A stretch of DNA of 64,000 nt from positions 24,428,001 through 24,492,000 of the forward strand of contig NC_043018.1 in the NCBI RefSeq assembly GCF_006345805.1, given 5' to 3'. The stretch is from Octopus sinensis (Eukaryota). Under the pieces are notes generated by a model. The model saw nothing but the letters and a program-made list of their open reading frames with translations. It was not told the origin of the DNA and did no database searches. This document shows, in pieces, positions 24,421 through 36,507 of the stretch. Each line of letters begins with the position of its first letter. The stretch's first letter is position 1. A program made the translations under genes and the position numbers.

Positions 24421-25989
24421 GAAAGAACGGATATATTCACTATGAGGATATTTAAACCTCTTATAAGGATAGCTTCATCCAAGATATTCTGGTTTAATAT
24501 ATTGTATTTTGAAGAGATATTTCTTCAATAAATATTTTATAAAACATCGAATATTATAATAAAGTTTGAAAATGGGGAGAATCAATGGATATAAATTAAT
24601 TAATTAATTAATTAATTAACATTGCTAACAATTGTTTCACTTCACACCCAATTTAAATTACACACACATGCTTGTCCAATCTATCACATGTGTTACCCAG
24701 GATATATTTCCCTGGCATCCATACATCATATATGACACATGTTCCCAATTTTTTCCAACCACCAGAGTAATTTGGGATTTAGGAAAGCTTTATATTACTC
24801 AGAATGTATGAAACAAGGGATAACTAGTCTGAAACAAGCATGGACGTTTAGGACAGATTTATGGAAATGTTTGGGCTAAGGGTTAAGGACATCCCAATCC
24901 TACCAGTGTTTTTGCTGTTTCAAAACACACCTTTACCATCTGTTGTCTAAAGTTCTATGATTTCGGCATGTTTAACAATAGAGTGACTGGCTTCAGTATG
25001 CCAATAGATTTAAAGAAAACTTCCTTTAGGAATAACAGGACAATAACAAATGGTTGGGACCATGAGACATGTTTATAGTATCAAGAGAAGACAACAAGTA
25101 TACAAAAATACATGGAAAAAATTATAAAATTATATATAACAGATATCTGAGTTTATCAACTTAACATAGAAGATAATTAGTTTTCTTGGCTTAGATTAAG
25201 AATAATAATATATTTACATGCATGTGTCCTAAACACACACACATTATGTGAAGGAAATTCATTATATTATCAGACTGATAATACTGTGGAACAAAATGTT
25301 TTTTCCTTTTGTTCTTTGTCTAGTAAGGGTTGTCTCCTGTTTGTTTCTATCTAGAAATCAAAGGAAGTGACTACTATTCCCTTCAACCTTTGCTTTTGTG
25401 ACCTGAACATCAATGTTTTGAAGCCGATTTATTTTCCATTACATTTCAGACAGATTCAGCTCCGAGTTGCTGAAGCAGAAATATCATTATAGCAAATATT
25501 CTGCTCAATGCCACAGATTTGCTTATTGTCTTTGGCCAGTAGGTGTTATCTCCTGTTTGTTTCTATCTAGAAATCAAAGGAAGTGACTACTATTCCCTTC
25601 AACCTTTGCTTTTGTGACCTGGACATCAATGTTTTGAAGCCAACCTATTTTCCATTACATTTCAGAAAGATTCAGCTCTGAGTTACTGAAACAGAAATAT
25701 CAGCAAATATTCTGCTGAATACCACAGATTTGCTTGTCAGTTGCTCAACCTTAACCCCTTGAGCATGTCTCTTGGTGGCTGAAAATATGTGCATCTCTGA
25801 ACATGAGTGAGTGTAGTCAGGGAACATCATAGCCATGTGTTGAGAGGGGTTGTTTAGGGTTTGAATAAATATCATAACAAAAGCAAAGTTTGAAGGAAGT
25901 ATTAGTCATTTTTCATGCTTTCTAAGGGGAAGCAAATAGGAAACCCAAGGACATAATTAACACAAGAGATGCAATCGATAAACACTTAC

Positions 25990-26045
25990 ATAGCAACTCT
26001 CTCCACGTGGATTCCCCAGTTCTCTGTTGCATCATCTAGAGCTGA
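25990..26045 (-). CDS. STOM: Stomatin-family exon 6 (SALDDATENWGIHVERVAI)
   Basis: Acceptor ttttctctctttcAG, donor AT|GTAAGT, 56 nt, phase 2. LDDAT..WGI.VERV motif; not in the ORF track. Confidence 0.94.
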
Positions 26046-26740
26046 CTGAAAGAGAGAAAAACAATATTTAATATAGTTACCCTTAGAAGGCGACGAGCTG
26101 GCAGAAACATTAGCACACCAGGTGAAATGCTTAACGGTATTTCATCTGCCATTACATTCTGAGTTCAAATTCTGCCAAGGTCAACTTTGCCTTTCATCCT
26201 TTCGGGGTTGATAAATTAAGTACCAGCTGCATACTGGAGTTGATCAAATTAACTGGTCCCCTCCCCCAACATTTCGGGCCTTGTGCCCAGAGTAGAAAAG
26301 AATATCTTTACCATTCATTCTTTACTTGTTTCAGTCATTTGACTATGGCCATGCTGGAGCACCTTCTTGAAGTTTTTTTTTCTTTTTTTTTAGCTGAACA
26401 AATCAATCCTAGGACTTATTTTTTTAAAGCCTAATACTTATTCTATTGGTCTTTTTTGCTGAACTGCTAAGTTACAGGGATGTAAACACACCAACACTGG
26501 TTGTCAAGCAGTAGAGGGGTGACAAACAGACACAAAGACACACACACACACGTGTGTGTGTATTTATCTATAGTAGAAAACATTTTCCCAAGGTGCCACT
26601 CAGTGGGACTGAACCCAGAACCATGTGGTTGGGAAGCATGCTACTTACCACACAGCCAAGCCAGTATATAAAACATTCGCATATACATAAAACATGTATT
26701 ACACACACACACACACACACACACCACACACACACACACA

Positions 26741-27407
26741 CGCATATACATGCAGTTATTGTGCTGAAGAAAATAGCACAAATGGAATGTATTCATATGC
26801 TTATTTCACTCAATGTGAGGTTTTATCAGATTTAAAGTTTTCATGCTTGCACAGCAGTTTGCATAAAATAGATATTGTTTGTCTCGTTAATAACAAGCTG
26901 TCAAAAAATCGTTTCAGTAATGACAAGCTGTCAAAAGCACAGATATGTAAATTTGACAAGATATGCAGTGCTGTCAAATGCATAGACATGGCAAAATTTA
27001 TGCTTGGTAAACATCATCATTGGTGTCCACACAAAGACATGGACAAGCACACAAGTACATACACACACACACACACCACACACACACACACACGCATATA
27101 CATGCAGTTATTGTGCTGAAGAAAATAGCACAAATGGAATGTATTCATATGCTTATTTCACTCAATGTGAGGTTTTATCAGATTAAAGTTTTCATGCTTG
27201 CACAGCAGTTTGCATAAAATAGATATTGTTTGTCTCGTTAATAACAAGCTGTCAAAAAATCGTTTCAGTAATGACAAGCTGTCAAAAGCACAGATATGTA
27301 AATTTGACAAGATATGCAGTGCTGTCAAATGCATAGACATGGCAAAATTTATGCTTGGTAAACATCATCATTGGTGTCCACACAAAGACATGGACAAGCA
27401 CACAAGT

Positions 27408-27446
<39 letters not shown>
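26741..27446. repeat. Near-identical 352-bp tandem duplication bounded by (CA)n
   Basis: cgcatatacatgcagttattg at 26741 and 27093; copies differ by a 1-nt indel (gatttaaag / gattaaag) and CA-run length. Confidence 0.95.
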
Positions 27447-27450
<4 letters not shown>

Positions 27451-28439
27451 TATGCTGAGGTGTGTGGCGTACTGGTTAGGATGTTGTTCTGAAGATAATC
27501 CTTTCTACTGTAGGCACAAGGCCTGAAAATTTGAGGGAGGGGATAGTCGATTACATCGACCCCAGTGTATAACTGGTACTTATTTTATTGACCCTGAAAA
27601 GATGAAAGGCAAAGTCGATCTTGGCAGAATTTGAACTCAGAACATAGCGGCAGACGAAATACCTATTTCTTTACTATCCACAAAGGGCTAAACACAGAAG
27701 GGACAAACAAGGACAGACAAATGGCTTAAGTTGATTATATCGACCCCAGTGCATAACTGGTACTTATTTAATTGACCCCGAAAGGATGAAAGGCAAAGTC
27801 GACCTCGGTGGAATTTGAACTCAGAATGTAATGGCAGATGAAATACTGCTAAGCATTACGCCCGGTGTGCTAAAGTTGCTCTCAAGATAATAAAGTCGTT
27901 TGTTTGATTCCTGAGTTGAGCAGCACATTGTCTCCTCTTTGTGTTACTCCTGTCCACTTAACTAAAAGCTGAGTGCACTGGAGTAACTTGAAGAGGAGAT
28001 GGTGTTTTTCAAAGTGGGTTCCATGAAAAAAATGCTGGGTGCTGCAAGATCAGGTCTTTCCACCATTTAGCCCTTCAACATTTAAACCAACCATATCAGC
28101 TCTGAATATTCTACCCCATTTTACGTTCAAACAGATCTGGCCTTTCACACCTATCCTACAGTGTCATTCAAAAAATAAACAATCATCATCATCATCATTT
28201 GATATCCGTTTTCCATGCTGGCATGAGTTGAATGGTTTGACAGGAGCTGGCCAGATTCCAGTTGTCTGTTGTGGCATTGTTTCTACAGCTCGATGACCTT
28301 CCTAATACCAACCACTTTACTGGGTGCTTTTTATGTGCCACCGGCATGAGTGCCTTTTATGTTGCATCAGCACCGTAAAGGACAAGGCAGTATGAAGGGA
28401 TGACAGTGATTTTACTTATCTTGACTCGTCTTGTCAAGT

Positions 28440-28810
28440 ACAGAAAGTCGCCACAACTCCTGGTCACCTTATCATTTCATCATTGAGGCCAGGTATCTGA
28501 AGATTCTTTCTCATCCTTTCATCCCACAGGTTTCCTCCACAATTAGAGCTCAGTACTTCTTTATGCAGCTGTTCTCATCCATATGCATCACATGACCAAA
28601 CCAGTGAAGTCTTCTCTCTTGCACACAACGTCTGATGCCTCTTATCCCTAGTTTTCCTCTTAAATCATTTACACCCTGTCTTGCATCCAGCAGAGCACCC
28701 AGCTTCATTCCTTTCAAGTCTTCGCAAGTCCTCTGTAGTCAAGGCCCATGTTTCACTGCCATGTAGCATAGCTGTACATACACAGGCATCATACAATCTG
28801 CCTTCCATTA
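28440..28810 (-). mobile_element. RTE-clade LINE relic
   Basis: Minus strand reads GRLYDACVCTAMLHGSETWALTTEDL, an RTE RT C-terminal motif. Confidence 0.75.
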
Positions 28811-29392
28811 AATTCTCAGAGTTATGAGATAATGCCTGATTAATTTAAAACAATGTGAATAAATAAACATTACATTTGACAGAATAATATGAATTGTAAA
28901 AGGTTAAAGTAACCATATGCAGCCCAAACATTCTACCCATTTTATGTTCAAACTGACCAGATCTGGCCCTTTACACCTACCCTACAATACAATTTTAAAA
29001 ATAAGCAACCACATCATTGAAGTCTCAAAGCTATGAGATAATCCATGATTAACTCAAAACAATGTGAATAAGGATTACATTTGACAGAATAATCTGAATG
29101 CCAAAGGGTTAAAGATGAGAAGCTGTTCAGGGAGATTTTAAGGTAACGGAGGTTCTATTACTTGTTTCAGTCATTTGACTGTGATCATGCTGGAGCACCA
29201 AAACCTTTGAAGAGGGTAAGGAGATTGCTGAGAGAGATTATAGAAAGGATAGGGAAATTGCTGATTGAGATTTTAAAAACAGTAGGGTGTTTGTAAGGAG
29301 TTATTTTTCAAAATAGAAAGTTTGTTAAAGGTCATTTCTTGAAATTCTACCTCACATAAAAAGAATGCTCCAAAAAACAAAACATAACTGAC

Positions 29393-29596
29393 CTGCATTC
29401 CTTGACTTACTGCCTCTCTGTCTGTTAGGATTTCTGATAGATTTTTAGTGCCCAGCATATTTCGCAGGGTTGTCTGGGCGAGAAGTCGGGTAGAGTGGTG
29501 AGCATTCTCGACATTAGCGACAGATATAGTGGGATTTGAGACCCGATAGTAGACAACTGCATCGACGGACACTGTCACACTATCACGACTCAACAC
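29393..29596 (-). CDS. STOM: Stomatin-family exon 5, SPFH core (VLSRDSVTVSVDAVVYYRV...DREAVSQGMQ)
   Basis: Acceptor atgttgtAG, donor CAG|GTCAGT, 204 nt = 68 codons. DSVTVSVDAVVYYR and LLAQTTLRN motifs. Confidence 0.97.
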
Positions 29597-29758
29597 CTAC
29601 AACATATAAAATACACATTGTAATACATACTTATATGTATTATTACATACATGTTACACATTATATATATATATTGATTAGTTAAAGGAAATTGAATATA
29701 AATGCACACACAACACAGACACACACACATGAAGGTGTGGTACTTTATACAAACTCAC

Positions 29759-29841
29759 CTCTTGGGGTGGCACATCAAATGACAACGTACGCAGGTCAAC
29801 TTTGGTGTAACTCTCAACACAAGGTAACACAAAGAAGATTC
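29759..29841 (-). CDS. STOM: Stomatin-family exon 4 (GIFFVLPCVESYTKVDLRTLSFDVPPQE)
   Basis: Acceptor ttccttctAG, donor GAG|GTGAGT, 83 nt. FxLPC and VDLRT.SFDVPPQE motifs. Confidence 0.96.
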
Positions 29842-30205
29842 CTAGAAGGAAACAAAAATTGGAAGATATCAAAGCACAGAGAGAGAGGAGAAAAGACAAT
29901 ATATACATCGTTTAATCAACATCATCATGAATAACATTTAATGTCTGTTTTCCATGTGGGTATGGGTTGGACAGCTTGGCAGGGTCAGGGACCACACCAG
30001 GCTCCATAATCTGTTTTGGCTTGGTTTCTACAGCTGGATGCCCTTCCTAATGACAAAAGAATACAACTGGGATCGCAACCACCCCCTGCAGGAGCCTCAG
30101 GTGGTTTCACTCAATAAACACTCACAACGCCCGGTCTGGGAATTGAAACCGTGATCCTATGACTGCGAGTCCACTGCCCTAACTACCGGGCCATTGCGCC
30201 TCCAC

Positions 30206-30253
<48 letters not shown>

Positions 30254-30477
30254 TGTATATATGTTTGTGCATCTGTGTGTCCTGCCACCATCACTTGACA
30301 ACCAATGTTGGGGTGTCTACATCCTTGTAACTTAGCAGTTCAGCAAAAGACACCGATAGAATAAGTACTAGGCTTACAAAGAATAAGTTCTGGAGTTGAT
30401 TTGTTCAACTAAAGGTGGTGCTCCAACTTGGCTGCAGTCAAATGACTGAAAAGAATAAAACAATATATGTATGTATG

Positions 30478-30532
<55 letters not shown>

Positions 30533-30559
30533 CGTCAAAGATAAGATAAGACAATGTAC

Positions 30560-30631
30560 CTGGTCCTTTGGCACCACCAGACAACAGCCTTCCAAGACGA
30601 AATATCACTGCACGTTCATATTCTGGACAAC
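30560..30631 (-). other. Second copy of stomatin exon 3 with a 1-nt deletion (72 nt)
   Basis: Same splice sites as 31628-31700, but reads gttgtccAGaatatg instead of gttgtccAAGaatatg. Part of an ~1.07-kb tandem duplication. Could be a cassette exon, a pseudoexon or an assembly artefact. Confidence 0.6.
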
Positions 30632-31262
30632 CTGCATTTTGGAAAATAAATTTGTATTTTATGAGATTTTAAAAAACTCTTTATCAATTGGTTTTTATGG
30701 TTTACAAAGTATATGTGTGTATGTGTAGATTTATATGGTACGGGGGTAAGGTGAGGAGTGAGGAATACTCGGCCACCTTCACACATACAATTAGTAAGGA
30801 GTTTGGGTGGTTCAACAACTAGAATAATAAAATAATAAAAAACACAATTTCAGGCCTTGTGCCAATAATAGAAAGAAAGACCCATTTGTTACAATGATGA
30901 GGATTCAGTTGATCTGATCAATGGAACAACCTGCTCATGAAATTAATGTGCAAGTGGCTGAGTACTCCACAGATATGTGTAACCTTAATGTAGTTCTCAG
31001 GGAGATTCAGCATGACACAGAGTGTGACAAGGCTGGCCCTTTGAAATATAGGTACAACTCATTCTTGCCAGCTGAGTGGAGTGGACTGATGTGAAATGAA
31101 GTGTCTTGCTCAAGGACACAACATGTCACCAAGAATCGAACTCAAAACCTCACAATTGTGAGCTGAATACCCTAACCACTAAGCCACGTGTCTTCACACA
31201 ACTAGAATACTCCTTGTTGAGAAAATAAAGAGAAGATTCATTTCATTTGATTTAAATATATA

Positions 31263-31327
<65 letters not shown>

Positions 31328-31551
31328 TGTATATATGTTTGTGCATCTGTGTGTCCTGCCACCATCACTTGACAACCAATGTTGGGGTGTCTACATCCTT
31401 GTAACTTAGCAGTTCAGCAAAAGACACCGATAGAATAAGTACTAGGCTTACAAAGAATAAGTCCTGGGGTTGATTTGTTCAACTAAAGGTGGTGCTCCAA
31501 CTTGGCTGCAGTCAAATGACTGAAAAGAATAAAACAATATATGTATGTATG

Positions 31552-31600
<49 letters not shown>

Positions 31601-31627
31601 CGTCAAAGATAAGATAAGACAATGTAC

Positions 31628-31700
31628 CTGGTCCTTTGGCACCACCAGACAACAGCCTTCCAAGACGAAATATCACTGCACGTTCATATTCTTGGACAAC
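31628..31700 (-). CDS. STOM: Stomatin-family exon 3 ([25 protein letters not shown]), intact 73-nt copy
   Basis: Acceptor aaatgcAG, donor CAG|GTACAT. Canonical stomatin [16 protein letters not shown] motif; phase 0 in, phase 1 out. Confidence 0.95.
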
Positions 31701-32333
31701 CTGCATTTTGGAAAATAAATTTGTATTTTATGAGATTTAAAAAAACTCTTTATCAATTGGTTTTTATGGTTTACAAAGTATATGTGTGTATGTGTAGATT
31801 TATATGGTACGGGGGTAAGGTGAGGAGTGAGGAATACTCGGCCACCTTCACACTTATACAATTAGTAAGGAGTTTGGGTGGTTCAACAACTAGAATAATA
31901 AAATAATAAAAAACACAATTTCAGGCCTTGTGCCAATAATAGAAAGAAAGACCCATTTGTTACAATGATGAGGATTCAGTTGATCTGATCAATGGAACAA
32001 CCTGCTCATGAAATTAATGTGCAAGTGGCTGAGTACTCCACAGATATGTGTAACCTTAATGTAGTTCTCAGGGAGATTCAGCATGACACAGAGTGTGACA
32101 AGGCTGGCCCTTTGAAATATAGGTACAACTCATTCTTGCCAGCTGAGTGAAGTGGACTGATGTGAAATGAAGTGTCTTGCTCAAGGACACAACATGTCAC
32201 CAAGAATCGAACTCAAAACCTCACAATTGTGAGCTGAATACCCTAACCACTAAGCCACGTGTCTTCACACAACTAGAATACTCCTTGTTGAGAAAATAAA
32301 GAGAAGATTCATTTCATTTGATTTAAATATATA

Positions 32334-32366
<33 letters not shown>

Positions 32367-32587
32367 CAGTGACGTATGGTGGTTGTTGTATTAGGCATGC
32401 TGTCACACCCAATGCCACCAAATTTCAAGCAAGGATATAACAAAAGCTTTCCATTAAGATTTGTGATTAAATTAATGAGTGAGGTTAATGAATTTATAAT
32501 GAATTTGTCATTTTCAATGGGTGTGCAGTACACACCCAAGATATACACCTCTGATATATATATACATACATACATACATACATACAT

Positions 32588-32641
<54 letters not shown>

Positions 32642-32779
32642 CAACACCTGTATGTGAGAGAGATGTGATTTTGAATATGTGTAAGTACAAGGAATGTGTA
32701 TTATAAGGGAGAGGGTGAGGAGGGGGAGAGGGTGAGGAGGGAGAGAAAGGGAGAAACAGAGAGAGAGAAAAAGAGTGAA

Positions 32780-32967
32780 TAAATACGTAATCAGAGAAAA
32801 GCAGATGTAGACAAACAGAAAGCAAAAAACAAGACAGACAGGCAGACAGATAGGCAGATAGACAAACAGATAGGCAGACAGATAGACAGATAGGCTGACA
32901 GATAGACAGATAGGCAGTTAGATAGACAGATAGACAGATAGGCTGACAGATAGACAGAGAGTCTGAC

Positions 32968-33034
<67 letters not shown>

Positions 33035-33227
33035 CAGGTAGATAGATAGACAGGTAGATAGATAGATAGATAGACAGGTAGACAGATAGGCAGATAGACA
33101 AACAGATAGGCAGACAGATAGACAGATAGGCTGACAGATAGACAGATAGGCAGTTAGATAGACAGATAGACAGATAGGCTGACAGATAGACAGAGTCTGA
33201 CAGATAGACAGAGTCTGACAGATAGGC

Positions 33228-33278
<51 letters not shown>

Positions 33279-33485
33279 AGATAGACAGGTAGATAGATAG
33301 ACAGGTAGATAGATAGATAGATAGATAGACAGTAGATAGATAGATAGGCAGATAGACAAACAGATAGGCAGACAGATAGACAGATAGGCTGACAGATAGA
33401 CAGATAGGCAGTTAGATAGACAGATAGACAGATAGGCTGACAGATAGACAGAGTCTGACAGATAGACAGAGTCTGACAGATAGGC

Positions 33486-33555
<70 letters not shown>

Positions 33556-33640
33556 GCAGACAGATAGATAGATAGATAGAGATAGATAGATAGACATAGA
33601 AAGATAGACAATTAAACAAATAGATAGATAGAGGGAAGAG
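32780..33640. repeat. (GATA/GACA)n satellite with a higher-order repeat
   Basis: Block ggcagatagacaaacagataggcagacag... recurs at 32853, 33089 and 33347. Confidence 0.9.
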
Positions 33641-34008
33641 AGAGAGTCAGAGACAAAGAGAGAAAGCAAGGAAAGTAAGAGATAGAAAGTGCTTCTATAC
33701 AGTTGATAAATCAATGTTTTATAAATATATTTATATGGTAAATATCTCCCATAACAATAATGATGATGATAATAACGATAATGGTTTCTTAATAGTCCAG
33801 TGAGAGTTGGTTTCATCAGTTAATCAAAGCAACCAGAGATTTAACAAGAGCTAATGACACAAATGTAATAAACTATGCCAGGCAGATAATTACGATGTGT
33901 AATTATGAATGAAAGATGACATACAGAATCAATGACATTAGCTAATGTCATCTACGCCTCTGGTGAAACCTTGGAGCCATGCGATTGGGTGACTTTAGAG
34001 AACAGATT

Positions 34009-34046
<38 letters not shown>

Positions 34047-35740
34047 TAATAATAATAATCTATTATTAATTATTAAGGTTATAAGGCAATGAGCTGGCAG
34101 AATTTGTAGCATGCTCAGAGAATTGCTTAGCGGTATTTTGTCTGTCGCTACGTTCTGAGTTCAAATTCTGCCAAGGTCAACTTTGCCTTTCATCCTTTCG
34201 GGGTCGATTAAATAAGTACCAGTTACGCACTGGGGTCGATATAATCGGCTTAATCCGTTTGTCTATCCTTGTGTAGCCCCTTGTGGGCAGTAAAGAAATA
34301 GGTATTTTGTCTGTCTGTCTATCTGTACGTTCTGAGTTCAAATTCTGCTGAGGTCGACTTCGCTTTTCATCCCTTCCAGGGTCAATAAAAATAAGTACCA
34401 GTTGAACATTGGGGTCGATGTATTGGATTTAGTCCCTCCCTTGGGACTGCTGGCCTTGTACCAAAATTTGGAATCACAAATTATTAAGGTGATAAACTGG
34501 CAGAATCGTTAGCAGGTTGGACAAAATACCTAGTGGTATGTTTTCTGGTTTAACATTCTGAGTTCAAACTCTGCTGAGGTTGACTCTAGTTTTCATCCTT
34601 TCAGGGTAAACAAAGTACCAGTTAAATACTGGGGGTCAATGAAATTGACTGAACCTCTTCCTTTAAATTTCAAACTTTGTGCTTATAGTAGAAATGCGTT
34701 GTCGAAGTAATGATTTCAAATTTTGACACAAGGCCAGCAATTTGTGGAGAGGGAGTAAGTCGATTCATTGACCCCCAGTACTTAACCAGTACTTCAATAT
34801 CTTTTATTTTCAGTCGTTGGACCGTGGCCATGCTGGGGTATCACCTTGGAGGGTTTAGTCCAGGCCTGGCCAACTCGAGCTACATTACAGGCCACTTTAA
34901 TCACAGATAGATTTTTGAGGGCTGCTTGTATCCTGACGAAATTGAAAGCATTTTGCTCTCTCGTGCTATTATTATACAATAACGAATGAATGATTGCTGA
35001 TTCAACATGAAATATTATCATTGCAATAACAGCAGCATCTTTCATCATCATCTTCATCATCATCATTTAATCTTTCTTTTTTTTACTTTTGTTTAAATAA
35101 ACAAATTTAGTGAAAGTATCAAGTGGGCTGCAAGATAAAAATCTGTGGGTCGCATGGGGCCCATGAGTCTCAGGTTGGTCAGCCCTGGTTTAGTCAAACA
35201 AATGGTCTGGTACTTATTCTATCAGTGCTGTTTTGAGAACTGCTAAGTTAGAATTGTCAAGCAGTGGTGAAAGACACACACAACAGGCTTCTTTCAGTTT
35301 CCCTCAACCAAATCCACTCACAAGGCTTTGGTTGGCTCAGAGCTACAGTAACAGACACTTGCCCAAGGTGTCACACAGTGGGGCTGAACCTGAAACCAAG
35401 TGGTTGGGAAGCAAGTTTTTTCACACATCGTCATGCTTAAGCCTAGCAATAAACAATTCTTTTGAGTGGGGTGAACCTCAAAGGGATGAAAGGCAAAATT
35501 GATCTCTGTGGTATTTGAACTGAGAATGCAAAGAACAGGAACAAATACCACTAGGCATTTCCTCTCATGTTCTAACAATTCTACCATCTTGCTGCCGTAG
35601 TAGTAGTAATAATCTTTTCTATTATAGGCACAAGGCCTGAATTTTGGAGGAAGGAGCAGTCAATTACATCAACCCCCAATACTTGACTGGTACTTTCTTG
35701 ACCCCAGAAGGATCAAGGGCAAAATCAACCATAGCATAAA

Positions 35741-35772
<32 letters not shown>

Positions 35773-36397
35773 TAATAATTTTTTCTTCTGTAGGCACAAG
35801 GACTGAAATTTTAAGGGAGGGGACCAGTCAATTACATTGAATCCAGTACGTAACTGGTACTTAATTTATTGACCCTGAAAGGACGAAAGGCAAAGTTGAC
35901 CCTGGTGGCATTTGAACTCAGAACATGAAGACAGGTGAAAGACGAAACACTACTAAGCATTTTGCCCAGTGTGCTAACGATTCTGCTAGCTTGCTGCCTT
36001 AATAACAATAAGGGTTTCAAATTTGGCTGCAAGGGCAGCAGTTTTGGAGGAGGGAACTAGTCGTTTACCATGTAGTTGAGAAGCAAACTTCTTACCACAC
36101 ACCCATGCCAGTGTAATTTAAAAGTAATTTGATAGTTTTATTTTTTTGTGTGTTTTTAGTTGGCTAAAATGGCTTTTCTGTGGTGTAGTTGTTTATATCT
36201 AAACACACAATCACTCACGACAGGAATAGAATCCTGAAATATAGCAGAAATATTTCCAGTCACAGTTGAAAAATTTTTCCACATGGGAAGAGGAGGCAGA
36301 AGAAGAGTGGAAGAAGAAAAGAAGAAGAGTGGAAGAAGAGGAAGGAGAAGAAGAGAAAGAAGCCGCTGCTGTCACACAGCTTAAAATTCTGACTCAC

Positions 36398-36507
36398 CTT
36401 GAAACAGAGCATAAGGGAGAATGGAATGGTTGCAAATACCAGTAACCATGACAAAATGGTTAACACCCATCCACAGATTCCTAAACCTTCATAGGTCTCA
36501 CCAGCAG
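36398..36507 (-). CDS. STOM: Stomatin-family exon 2, hydrophobic membrane hairpin (AGETYEGLGICGWVLTILSWLLVFATIPFSLMLCFK)
   Basis: Acceptor ttttgtcttttcAG, donor AAG|GTGAGT, 110 nt. Conserved G.CG, hairpin Pro and CFK of stomatins. Confidence 0.93.

Larger units (their letters stand above)
30251..32345. repeat. ~1.07-kb tandem duplication containing stomatin exon 3, junction in (TA)n
   Basis: gtatgtatatatgtttgtgcatc at 30251 and 31325; offset 1074 to 1071; a few substitutions and small indels between copies. Confidence 0.95.
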
